A stretch of DNA of 63,695 bases, filler included, from Parasitella parasitica NRRL 2501 (GCA_025201805.1; 6 parts of 6 records of this genome joined end to end with filler, not necessarily neighbours in it); one strand, 5' to 3'. Positions 12,019 through 24,237 are shown, counted from the whole stretch's first letter. A program made the numbers and translations. The notes: generated by a model from the letters alone, not told the origin.

Positions 12019-13956
12019 ATGATAGCTCATGAGCGTATATTGCCCTTGTCTTTTTCCAAAAAAGACAGCAACAGCAGCAGCTCTGTCCTGATAGACCAAT
12101 TCGTGAAAGAAGCTAATCAGATATTAAGGCATGCTGATGATTCCTTGAACAAAGACACCAACATGATAACCGCCAATGACACCGAACAAGACAAAGACGA
12201 CAATGAAGAGCAGGATAATGCTGTCACGTGGCAACTCAAGTTAACGCCCACAATGATGACCTTGGACACAAGCATTCTAACAGTATCTGGATTAGAGAAA
12301 GTGTTGGAACTGATTCGAATCAATGTTAAGCCTCAACCGCCCAAGCTTACATGCAAGAAAAGAGTGGATTCAAATCGATTCATTGCAATATTTCGGTACA
12401 TTATTCAACCTGTACTACGCTTATCCAATGTAACGACAGTTCCGCGCTTGGAGCAGCTTGAGCAATACCACTCAATGCAGTTGATGAGGCATTGTGTGCA
12501 ATGTTTTATCGACTGTGGCTACTCATTTTTTTTGGACGTTCCTAGTCTAATTGCAAATACTGAGATGATTTTATCTCAACCGGGTGCTGCAAAGGAACAT
12601 ACGGTAGAAACATTACTGATTTTGAGTATTTGCACGCTCATGATACGCCACACAACCATACACCGCCGAGGCATGATGTCTGTCGCAAACGCCCTGATGC
12701 ACGCGTATTATGCTCAAGCTCGACAGCTATTGCAGGATTTATTTGATGTGCATCATATATCAGTGGTACAGTCAATGTTTATATTATCGATATTTCCTCA
12801 GGGTCATATGCATCTGTTCTCGCAAGCACGACTGAAAACCCCTCTATTGACAATGTCGATTCGCATGGCATTAGCAATGGATCTACACAAATTAGACACA
12901 CAGCATACAAAAGAGTCGGATCAAAAAGAGAGGCTACGAAGATTGGGCTGGATGCTACTATGTGCAGATTATTTCGCGGATTACAACACAACAGGAAGGA
13001 CGGGGCTGATTGGCGTTGCAGACTGGCAAGTTAACTTTCCACAGCCATTACCAAACGAAAACTCGTCCAGAAGGATAGAGTTCTTTTCACAATATTGCCG
13101 TGTTGTCATGTTGCGTAAAATGGAGCTTTTGAAATCAGCTTATATGATTTCACTTCAGTCACCCAAGGCGCTGGAATCAGGGTTGGATGAACAATTATTG
13201 CAGGCCTATTTCAATACACCAGATACATTTAAATTGGACTTTGACCAACCAAATCAAGCATGGAACATAAAGTCAAATTTCGAACCGCTGCTATTACATG
13301 AGCTTTATTGCCACAGTCAGATTTTCGCCCAAGTGCCCTTTATACCGAAACGCTATTTTAATTCATTTATAAAGGAGGAGGATGCGTCAAGATGCGCTGA
13401 TTTGAACGACATTCACCAAAGGATTGTGCGTGCAGCGGACACAACAAACACCACTTTACCATTTACAAAAATTGATGTATCAAAATTACCCACAACAGCC
13501 AAGTTTGCAACGGAAAAAGACCATGAATTAGAGTTTTATGTTGTAGTTGGCTGTTTAACCATACTTAATAATTATACCCTCATCTTGGAAGCCCTTACCT
13601 ATATGGATAACATTGGGTGTCTTTACAGCCCAGTGTATGGCATCATGCTGACCACTCACCTGTATCTCATCCTTGAGCGATCCTGTCAGATCCCTGAAGT
13701 GAAGACTATATGTCAAATTAACCTAAATAGATCTCAGCTAATTTTGCGTCGAGCAAGAACTGTATTTGCTGATCCTGCCATTTTATTTATAGAGAGGATG
13801 TTGACTAGACACAACATCTCGCCCGCAGAGGACGCCCCAGTATGTACATTAGACGCAAGGACGCATGATCTTGTGCGTTCTTTACAAGCAAAAGCATCCT
13901 ATTTGCATCATAACTACGATGATATTGACGATGATGTCTTTGTTAAGCAAGAATAA
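12019..13956 (+). CDS. Fungal-specific transcription factor domain protein (5' exons uncertain)
   Basis: YYAQARQLL, ISVVQSMFILS, IRMALAMDLH, ERLRRLGW...D pattern of the Fungal_trans domain; no Zn2Cys6 cluster seen in or just upstream of the ORF. Confidence 0.8.
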   Translation: MIAHERILPLSFSKKDSNSSSSVLIDQFVKEANQILRHADDSLNKDTNMITANDTEQDKDDNEEQDNAVTWQLKLTPTMMTLDTSILTVSGLEKVLELIRINVKPQPPKLTCKKRVDSNRFIAIFRYIIQPVLRLSNVTTVPRLEQLEQYHSMQLMRHCVQCFIDCGYSFFLDVPSLIANTEMILSQPGAAKEHTVETLLILSICTLMIRHTTIHRRGMMSVANALMHAYYAQARQLLQDLFDVHHISVVQSMFILSIFPQGHMHLFSQARLKTPLLTMSIRMALAMDLHKLDTQHTKESDQKERLRRLGWMLLCADYFADYNTTGRTGLIGVADWQVNFPQPLPNENSSRRIEFFSQYCRVVMLRKMELLKSAYMISLQSPKALESGLDEQLLQAYFNTPDTFKLDFDQPNQAWNIKSNFEPLLLHELYCHSQIFAQVPFIPKRYFNSFIKEEDASRCADLNDIHQRIVRAADTTNTTLPFTKIDVSKLPTTAKFATEKDHELEFYVVVGCLTILNNYTLILEALTYMDNIGCLYSPVYGIMLTTHLYLILERSCQIPEVKTICQINLNRSQLILRRARTVFADPAILFIERMLTRHNISPAEDAPVCTLDARTHDLVRSLQAKASYLHHNYDDIDDDVFVKQE

Positions 13957-14229
13957 ACATTTCATGTGTCCAATATTTTATCATTTGAAATGCATTAGTT
14001 GCGACAAAGATGGTAATGCATGTACAAATATATTGTTTTGCTGTCGTCCATACCAACGTGGAGAGCTCTCTTTATATCTGAATAAAGCTATTTATTATAA
14101 TGCTAGACTATGGCCAAGATAGCTGCTGATTGTTTGATCCGCTTTCGAAATGTCAAAGGAAATATATGACTTATTAGAAGAATCAACAGGCTTTTGGCAT
14201 TTAATTGACCATGGTCAAGGCGAGTAATG

Positions 14230-14305
<76 letters not shown>
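14230..14305. repeat. Poly(A) tract, 76 nt
   Basis: Direct reading. Confidence 0.9.
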
Positions 14306-14307
<2 letters not shown>

Positions 14308-16553
14308 AGCTAATAAAACAGAACATATACCTTTCAATGCCTAGATTAACAGACCTAATGTATATCAAATATTGCACTTTGGATTTTTAAGGGTTTTTAA
14401 GATACGTAATTACTTTTGGTAAACTTGCTCTGGAAATATAGTGTCTGTGAGCTTGGTTTTGCTGAAATAAATAAAAGATAGCTTCTTTATTATGCAATGG
14501 TTCCTGCTTTTCATACTTTCATTTACACTTGATCGCTTTGTAAAGTCTGTCGGCTTTAAAAAATGATCTATCATTGTCTGTCCAGTTTTCCGTCCAGAAG
14601 CCATTTTTTGAAGAAAATTAAATTTCAAAGATTTTTGTCTCTCAATAGTTGAAAGTAATTTAGCTTGTTTTTTTATTCAAGAAATATGTCTTTAAGTGTT
14701 TAATACGTTACTAATTTTTTTTTTATTTTTACGTTAGTTGAACAATTACTTTTGTACGTTTGAAATTATAAAAAAGCAGATTCTCAAGCCAAAGTCAAAA
14801 ACTCCTTTAGGAAATGTCAAAACAGCCAATCCCAGATGAAAGAGGTCGGTTTCAGAAGCAACTACATGTACCAACACTTTGGTTGAAAATTTCATTTTTC
14901 GTGTGAAAAACCAACTTTTGTCCAAATTGCAAATCTTTCCTTGCATACCCTCGACCAAAATGGTGGAAAAGCGTCAAAAAAATAAAAGTTGCGAAACTGT
15001 TCTAGGCGGACGCCTATTGACTGTGGTCTTTTGTTCTCTGCTTTAGAAAAGGTCAAAATGATGAATTATTTGGCGAAACAAAAGCCATTTCGTTGATTCG
15101 TAACGAGGCGCTTTTTCACTTTAGTTGATTGTTTAATGGGGATCCAAACTCAGAGCTATATTGGCGTTTAAGCTCATTCGTTAGCCAAGTATCAGCATAC
15201 AAAGTCTTTCAATGGCTACTGTAATCGAATTTGCATTCAATCGTGGTCCCAGGAAATTGATTTGATTAGTAAATACCGCGCTTAATATAGATTGTACTAT
15301 TGACGGTGTTCGCTTTCTTTCAATCTCTGGTTTAAGCAATTATGGAATTAGCAATAAAAAATAGCAAGAAATCTAGCGCTGTAGAAACTCGATAGCAGCA
15401 ATTCTCGTGTCTCTTTGATTTTTCATATTTCAACTGTAAGCTCTCTATCATGTGGGTGTTATTTAATCGTACCCCCCTACATCCACACTCAAGATCAAGG
15501 AGAATCAGTGGTAAAGTGCCTCCCACCCTATAACACCAATTATAAAATACGCTTCCCATGAGTAATGTCCGGCCGGCAAAATGATTATTTTATCGATATC
15601 ACATGGTAGCACCTTGGCAGCAAACGATATCTATGTAATATCCAAAGATACACAGCACATTGCATCTCCCGGGCTATATCTTTCTGCATATCGTCTTGAC
15701 TACATGTACTATACCGCATTTGCATCAGGTTTTGTTAGTGCAGTCAAAGGTTAAATTGATTTTGCACTACTAAAGCTACTACTAATATACCTATCTTTAG
15801 ATAAATGTATATGTTTAAAGTTGGATACATGAGCTGCTATTGTAATTAACTATGAGAATTGCACATTGGACTCAGGGCAGGGCCTTTTTGTACATTATAT
15901 AACAGAGACTGGCATGTTCATCTGAAAAGTTTGTTCAAACTATAACGCTGAAATCAGTAAATCGCATGATGAGGGTTTTCTTTTTCAGTGTAAATCTTTA
16001 AACAGGCAGATTCAAACAACACAGCCCAGTCCGTTTGTTTCCCACACGAGTAAATTATATTTATACATGATAGCTCCAATTTCGCTCAGTAAGAGAGGAA
16101 TGCCTAGACCCAAAGCATACCAAAAGTAGTTACACTCAACTTTGACCCGTCTTGGACCGATTGTCTTGACTAAACTATCAAATACACATTTGATGACGCA
16201 TTTGGGCCACTTAATTGGGTTTCAGTAGGTGAAATGTCTCAAGATCTCTATATGAACATGATTGGCTTGATTGCTCTTTTTTAGGGGGATGCTTCTACAT
16301 ATTTTCAGCACTCAATTAGCCCTAAGCGGAGAATCCACGGTGACTAGTAAAATGGCAGTGGCATTGTGAAGATGGTATTAGTTTGTATCGAATTCGGCAA
16401 TAAAATTTTTTTGATCAAAATGTATATAAAGGTAGCCCATTCAGGTTAGGGATCCAGTTGGGTGCAAGGCTTTCTCTTCTCTTTTCTTTTTTTTTTTTTT
16501 CTTTAATCGTAAACGTTTGTTCTAATCAACAGCAAAGAAATCAATTTTCAAAA

Positions 16554-17027
16554 ATGGCATCATATCTTCAAATTGGAAATAGTAAGTCCCCTACAGTGCT
16601 GTCAATTGGATTGAAAGATTAACTTGTCGTAGCATCTCAATTCAATCAGCCAATGCCCAGTTGTAGCAGCAGCAATAAGCGTAGAATGGATGAAGAGGAA
16701 GAGGTAGTTTGTTATTTCAGCCTTGTAGATGTTTTAAAACTAAAGTCATCATAGGCTACTGTATCAAAGCGTTTTTTTGACCTGCATACACAATTTTCGC
16801 CCAATCAACCTGTTGAGAAGGCGCTACCTGCTATAACCTTCGCCTCGCCTGACTACAGACCTCCTCCACCTGCTGAAGTGCCTCTTTGGTTACAACCGGT
16901 GCCTATAAATTCCCCAATGTCTATAAACTCCTCTATGACTGAGGATGATTCTGAAGACGATTCTGCGCTGTTGACCCCATCTTATCAGCTAAGTAACCAG
17001 CAGCAGCAGCAACAACAACAACAACAA

Positions 17028-17058
<31 letters not shown>

Positions 17059-17120
17059 AACAATTTGGCAAGCCTGCTTATGACTACTGGGGTAGTATGA
17101 TGATTGATCAATGGCAATAG
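16554..17120 (+). CDS. Small low-complexity polyQ protein of unknown function (3 exons)
   Basis: TATATAAA at about 16423, ATG at 16554, two GT-AG introns joining in frame to the CAG/CAA-repeat ORF. Confidence 0.7.
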
Positions 17121-17454
17121 GTCGAATCTGTGAGGTCCTGCTTGTCTCCCTTTTACTTGCTCGTGCTTTTTTTGTAAATAGTTCGTATCCCTTTTTTTTA
17201 AGTTATTTTTCTACATCATTTTTTTTTTCATAAAAGAAAGCAGCCTCTATACTTGAATAAATATAGCCTCTGTGTGGACAAGAATAGCATCATTCAAGTA
17301 TTAGAATGTTATGTTGACTGGATTTAAATAACCTTTTACATACATATCTCATCTCTCTTTTATTTTTTTTTTCGATGCATCAGATTATCAAACAAAACAA
17401 TGGCTCCTTTGTTTATACACCTTTTTTTTTTTTTCCTTTTCATCATAATAACCC

Positions 17455-19107
17455 ATGATGATTACTGTATATTTTTTACTACTTTTTCTGCTATTCGCAG
17501 AGGCAAAAAGAATAAATTTCAATGACCAAGAAATCCAATACTTTGGTCGATGGCAAAAGACTGTAAACGACATTCAAAGTATTTCTTCTGGGGCTTATTT
17601 AAAAACATTCGGCCATGGTGGTCAGGTAATACTAAAACTGAGTCAACCAGCCACCCTTTATGTTCAAATGAACAAGAATCAGCAGCTCCTGAAAAAAGAA
17701 ACCACAGATCAAGGTTCATTTTTCCAAATCCATGTTGACATTGTAGACGTCAACACAACACTAACGATTGTTTCTGATTTAACATCTACTATTTGTCTGC
17801 AAGAAATTGAGACTATCAACCACGATACCATGTACGGGCAGCAACAGCTGCAGCAGCAACAGCAACAGCAGCAACAGCAGCCATTGATCGAATTTGTCGG
17901 CCATGATTTAACACTAGGATTAGGCACATCCCAATCTCTGATGACCAGCTTTCCTTGGATCGTATCGAACATGCTCGATACAGAGCGCTCACAAATAGCC
18001 TTGCCCAAAGCATGGCTTATGGATCATGAGGAATCCTTGGGAATGGAGACACTTTACTTTAGAGGCGACAGTTTCTACGCTCCACGTATCATCACAATCT
18101 TGCTTGGTGAATACGATGACCAGCACTATCCAGCAGCAATTTACACTAGCAAATTACTCATGTTCTTGTCCAATATCCGGTATCGATTCCCACATGCATT
18201 CATTATCGTGCTCTCTGAACCCTTGGGCGTTTTGTTTCAGGAATCACAAAAGGCAGTTTATTTAATGAACGATGCAGCAGACCAAGACATTGCGTTTATT
18301 GACACCACAGGATGGGTGCGCTACGGACCAACCACATATAAAAACCCTGTAAGTTTCAAGACAAGAATACCAGTGGAAAGGCATCTCACACTTAACTACT
18401 CATAACAGCTTCACTTAAACGATAAAGGCCAGGAAATATTTGCTCGCAAACTTGCTCCTCTTTTGAAAGCCAAGCTCAATGATTTACCATTCCCTGTACG
18501 ACCGAATCCCAACTTGCCGTACGATTGGCAAACAACAGACATTGGTCAAGAACACACGATTGGACTTGAAGGATCTGTTTCATTCGATTCTGCACATCTA
18601 TTTACATTATGGGGTTCTGGTCAAGGTCCCAATCTGGAAAATTTTAGGTTTGTTTACCAACAGCTATCCAATAATGGCTCTATTGAAGCTATCGTTGAAT
18701 CCCATGCTGCTTTTGCGTCTTGTGCGAAAGCAGGTATTATGTTGCGTGAGCATTTAGGTCACACGTCGCAGCAGGTTATGTTAGGGTTTTCACCTCAACT
18801 AGGTGTATTTTTATCAAGAAATGGTCATGTTGTACGAGCTCGAAAATTATCACCTCCTTATCGATTACGCCTTCAAAGACAGGGTAGGATGATCATGGCC
18901 TCAATTGCCTCTGTCACCGCTGCTGCAACTTGGGAACCCTTTTATGACTTTGACATGGAAATAGCTCCTACCATCTATTTAGGTTTGGCCGTTACCAGCT
19001 GTGACCCAACTGTTGTTTCTGTCGCCAAATTCTCTCATGTTCAATTGCAAGGAGGTGTTGGTAGAGACGGATTTTATAGCGGTGGAAGATTATTATTGCA
19101 AAATTAA
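17455..19107 (+). CDS. Secreted CE2-like SGNH-fold protein with degenerate catalytic motif plus C-terminal ConA/DUF1349-like beta-sandwich (intron 18349-18408)
   Basis: Signal peptide; IQYFGRW; IEFVGHDLTLG; HLNDKGQ; C-terminal WQTTDIG...FRFVYQQL...AKAGIMLRE...YLGLAVTS. Confidence 0.8.
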
Positions 19108-19360
19108 GACTATATAAATATACCCCCTTTTAAATAAAAAAAAAAAAAAAAAAACGTTTAAACGGCTTCGACGTGCAAGAACGGTGTACAATATCAAGTA
19201 CATCAAAGTGAGAAATGGGATTAAATCTCTGATCCGTCATGGCGATGCCTTTTTCCATTCATTTTTTTTTGTTTTTTTCTTTTTGGAACAAACAAATATG
19301 TATTAAACAATCGGGATGAAATAACCGAACCTGTTAATTTATTAGAATCATGAATTAAAA

Positions 19361-20550
19361 TCAATCCTCATGACAGCTGCTAGAGGCTAGGTTGCTTTGA
19401 ATGGGCGGCAGTAAATCATCATCGAACTTTTGTGCCCAATGTATAAGCTTGAGCGTATTGGATAAAGATAAATCATAATTTAGAAAATGCAAAAATTCCA
19501 ATTCCATGCGCAAAATTTGAATATGCCTTTCACTGTGGTTAACGGTTGCAGCAGCGGGCGCAGGAGAAGGAGATGAAGATGATGCTCTACCTTGCCGTAA
19601 TTCAGAGGTTGTATTATCAGTGTTTGTATTTTTAAAACTGTCAGAGGCAGATGATTGGAAATAATGATAATTAAGTGGATCAGAAGCAAACGCTTTGGGT
19701 GAAGTAGGTGGTGATGGTAATTGCTCTTGTCGTTCCTGATTCTTTGCAGTGATAGAAGGGAGATGCTGGGTATATTTATTAATGGTTGATCTTTCGGCAG
19801 ATATGTTGTTGAAGGGCGTCGTGCTAGTAAGTGAGACTGATGGAGATATTGTCGACAAAGTCGAGGCTGTAACTGTTGTATTGATAATTGATCGAAGATT
19901 GACATGCATGAATTTGGCTGCCATCATGTATGCAACTAAAATAAGGCGGTGCCCACAACCTGTAGTGCCTTTGATGTTGTGATATTTCTAAATGGAAGAA
20001 AAACGTCAATAAGCAAATTCAGGGACACAACTTTCTTATTTATGTATACCTGGTTCAATCTCTCGATATAGCCAATAGCCATCAATAAAGTGATACTGGG
20101 TGAAACCGAGTGGGTAGGGATGTCATTTCGACAAAACTGTTTCAATGCTTCATCAAATGGTTTATCAGGGCAGAGCAAAGTAGAATTCATTAAATTTGTC
20201 ATCAGCTTAGCAAGCGCTTCGATCTTTTCTTGTTCAGGGTTGGTTTCCCAAGCTTTTGCTACGAAACTAGCAAGTTGCACTAATGAATTTTTGTTGAGTG
20301 AGTATAGGATAAACAATTAAGCTTCTTCGAGTCGACATTTACAAATGCATTCTGAACTCAATCTACGTCTACCATTCAATTGAATTGCTTGTAACAACAA
20401 ACATGCTTGACCGTAACTTGAACTGTAAGTTGCATCCAATCTGTGTTTCCTGTTGTTGATCTTGTTTTCATAATTGCTATAAAATGATCTCACTTGATAT
20501 GTATCTATGCGACCATTAGGACGATTATACAAGTTGAGTTTAGCTTTCAT
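19361..20550 (-). CDS. Pcl/Clg1-like cyclin-domain protein (multi-exon)
   Basis: TLLMAIGYIERL, HRLILVAYMMAAKF and MELEFLHFLNYDL cyclin-box motifs; 5' exon structure approximate. Confidence 0.8.
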
Positions 20551-20599
20551 TAAGATATGGGCAATGTTTGTCTGATTTAATTCAAGAATAAGAAGGGTG

Positions 20600-20668
<69 letters not shown>
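20600..20668. repeat. Poly(A) tract, 69 nt, just upstream of the cyclin-like gene
   Basis: Direct reading. Confidence 0.9.
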
Positions 20669-20670
<2 letters not shown>

Positions 20671-21479
20671 TGGTTTATATACCATTTGTTCTGAAGAACA
20701 TTAAGAATCACAATATTTCGACGGATCTAAAAAACAAAACCCTTCACTTTTCTCTTTACATTTTTACGGACTTTGTTAACATTTTGATTCTGGTAATATT
20801 TTGATGTGCAAGAAATTGTTACATGATTCTAATTTAAATGAACAGTTGGCTTCTTTCATTTAATAATACAAACACAAATAGCCTCGAAACTTGGTCCCAA
20901 AAAATCCGTATCAATGAAAATCAGCTTAAATAAAACATCCGTTTTTGCATGAATACTGCCAAGCAGTTAAATCTGAGAATTTCTTTATGGCTGGCTGGAA
21001 AACCAAAATGCTTAGCAATAAATATATAGTAAGGCATGGGATGGGTCAATACATTAACCGGAGTTCATTCCAACCAAATTCATCAGTTTCCGCTGCACTT
21101 TTTTTCTCCCTTTTATTAGGGGAGCCGGCCGATGGCTCACGCCACTAAAATATCACTTTCTAACAATTTGAAATAAAAGTAATTAAATTCTTGTAGTCAA
21201 ATTGAACGTTAAATGATAATGAATTCCAAAGTCTACATGTATGCGTAAGGATGAATAAGTAATTCTTATGACCATAGGTATTTAGGCGATCAAATGGAAT
21301 ATTCGAAATCGGAAATAAATTTGTAACTAGATATTATATAATGAGGAAAAGGGAGCATCGGAAGTATTGCGACTCATTCCGCGCATTTCAAGTATCCACA
21401 ACATCATCAATATAGTAGCATCCCCGTTATTACCATGAGTTTCCTTTCTCATACGGCATATATCGTTACAATAATGATA

Positions 21480-23091
21480 TCATATATTCACTTTTCTTTG
21501 TTGGTGCAATTTAGAAATTGATAAATGATTTACAAATGAAAAGAAGTACATAACGTCTTCAGTGTCAATTGACGTCTCTGATTCAGCCAATCTGCGCATT
21601 TGACTAACCCAAAATTCGCGATGCTGGAAAAATGTTTTACAGCTAAATTTTGTAAATTTCATTATTTGGCCACTTCTTTTAAAAACTAAAGAGCTGGTTA
21701 GCACCGCTTCGCGAAGCTTGCTAAGGTTCATCATGTTCATATTTTTGTACACGAAAGAAAAAAAATTATTGTCTTGGATGATGAGCAAAAGGCAGTGATT
21801 TTGCAGTAGAATATCACAATGTAGCTCGTAACATACGATAACAAAGATCCCCGATTCTGTTGTAATCAAATAACCCCACTACTTTTTTTTATCGTATGAG
21901 AAGATTGATTTTCTCGAATGTGCAACAGGTTGTGAAATAATGCTTTCAAAAGCTGTTTGTTCAAATATCAAACGTTCTTTTCCCCTAATGCCAGTTAGAA
22001 GAGATTTCAACAAGATGGCATTTATGCTGGTTTAGAAACCGAAGTTTGCGATATTATGGCCTTGTAATCCTAGAGACCCTTTTATGACTCTTTTTATTTC
22101 CTGGTTGTTAAATGCAGGAAGTTCGTGAACAGTGTTACGTAAGATATTCTTGCAAAACTATAAACAGAGTATCGGCACCATGTCTGGAGCATTGATGAAA
22201 TTTCTTTTTTGTCTGTTGCTTAGTAGTTATCTATTCTTCTGAAGAGGTTAACCTTGGTTTTGCTAATATTTCGCCTAATTGCGCTTCTCCCAAATGTTTG
22301 AAATTCGAATCAAGTACCACATAAAAACACATGTCATACAGGCAGTAGCCAGCTAGTGACATAATTACAAAGCACCAATGCATCAAAACCGTATCATTTT
22401 CTACTTGCAGTAGACTTTATGTCTAGCAATACTTACCTCCAAGCTTACCAACTCTTTAGTTACAATATCCAATTAATTTAAAGCAAAGTAGTAACACTAG
22501 TGCCTTCCAGCGAACAACATCGCACCAAGCCTACTTCCTGCCCCTAAAGTATTCAAAATATCCAAAATTACAAAATAAAAGGCAGATTGTGAGCGCACTC
22601 AAAATTACAAAGCTTTCTATAATTCAAATTGTGACAAACACAGTGCGACAGTTTAATATGAAAACACCCCCACTTTTATAAATAACTAAATTAATAATAA
22701 GGCTCAAACAATGGGGAACACTGGCGAACAACGGCGAACAACGGCTAATATTACAGAAGATGATCCACGCTGGAAGGTCGTCAGCTCTGCTAGCAATGTA
22801 TGAGAGATCGTACCAAAAAGCAATTGTTATCAGCAGTGATATCAATAAACAGATAAAGGCAATAGCCAATGCCATAAACGCTATGGCCAGTAACCAAATG
22901 GAAAAGGGATACTTTAAATTGGGTGCACATTAGACGGGTGGATTAAGACCAGCAGTGAGTTTGCAGTGGTATGGAAGCTGAGATCCGATCCAAGAAACGA
23001 CTGCCAAGACAACAGCGTAAACCATTATATTCTATGGATGCAACAAAGGAGGATATGGAAAGGCTGAAGATTGTGATGTAAACGCACTCAT
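21480..23091 (-). pseudogene. Decayed multi-pass membrane protein gene
   Basis: Successive hydrophobic segments (MVYAVVLAVVSWIG; LAIAFICLLISLLITIAFW) interrupted by stops and frameshifts; GT-AG intron remnant near 22401-22436. Confidence 0.4.
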
Positions 23092-23744
23092 AGTGATATT
23101 TCATGCTTATATTTGGATCTATTTAGCATGGAAGGCCTCTATATTGTTACGGACAATGCTGCGACTAGCCAAGTTCAAAAGCATATAGCGTGCCTTATTG
23201 TATATACCGGTCTATTTGAAATGCAATGACAATCTGAAAGACTTGTAGAAAATTTAGGGTTTATTGACAGTAAAGTAAACACATAAAGCCTCTAACAACG
23301 AACTACACGGGCCACATACTTGCCGTTTGTTAATCCTATTGAGCTTTTTTTCTACTCAAAAACAACGGTGGTATTAAGGCAGATTCTCTGGCCGCAGATG
23401 GCCACACCATTGAATCAACCGAAACAGAATCTATCGATGATGACAGTGTAAATTGGGTAAGCCATTTGTATTACTATTTTTGATAGATACCCGGCTTTTA
23501 AGCCGGTACTCTGAGGGAGTCCAATTGTTGTCGTGATATTATTAATTATAATTAATTAATTAATTAATTAATAATTAAAAGATGACCTTTATCGAATTGA
23601 TAAATAATTTGCTATTTATATCAGAGCTCTTTGTTGAGAATTAAAAGAAATAATTTAGATTTACATGAGTGTCAATTGATCGAAATGATTACGACAGCAC
23701 CACGAGAGTAAACCCTTTTGTAAGTCTTCCTGCCCTCATTAAAT

Positions 23745-24029
23745 TGTCGTGCGCAGAGATATGATAGTTTCGTGTTATGTTTTGACAAGTGTATTTAAAG
23801 TATAAAGTAAGAGATGAAAGACGATATTTATTTTTTTGTATTTCAATTGATACTGTATTTATAATATTTAAAAGGGTTGTCGTGTGCAGAGAGATATGCT
23901 CTAGGGTAGATTATAGGGAAGTATATAAAAGACAATAGATGGGATAAAAGATGCCTTTATTATTTTAAGATACAATTAATATTTATGCTTATCAAAAAGG
24001 TTACACACAAAATCTGTGTGTGCCTAACA
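23745..24029. mobile_element. Compound solo LTR: truncated unit 23745-23877 plus complete unit 23878-24029
   Basis: Both units start TGTCGTG.GCAGAGA; ends in CCTAACA; AAAT 4-bp duplication on both sides; homologous to 32937-33082. Confidence 0.8.
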
Positions 24030-24088
24030 AAATATTCATAAACTGAAACCTTTCTGTTATTTTCTGGAGAAATGAGAAAATAAAAAAA

Positions 24089-24161
24089 TGCCACCAGCGT
24101 GGATCGAACACGCGACCTTCCCTTTACGAGAGGGACGCTCTACCACTCGAGCTATGGTGGC
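24089..24161 (-). tRNA. tRNA-Thr(CGT)
   Basis: GCCACCA/TGGTGGC acceptor stem, TCCCT-CT-CGT-AA-AGGGA anticodon arm, GTTCGATCC B box, downstream T run. Confidence 0.95.
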
Positions 24162-24211
24162 TTCGGCAACGTGCGAGGTTTTAAATGTAATATCTTGTAA
24201 GTAGTGCGTAA

Positions 24212-24237
24212 AATATAGAGCTAAAACACGTGATATA
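24212..24237 (-). promoter_or_regulatory. Upstream E-box element of tRNA-Thr (CACGTG at -71..-66)
   Basis: TATATCACGTGTTTTAGCTCTATATT, 23/26 identical to the motif upstream of tRNA-Asp. Confidence 0.65.

Noticed and set aside
14400-15570. Possible non-autonomous transposon
   Set aside because: Repeat-like texture, but no termini, TSD or second copy found in the window
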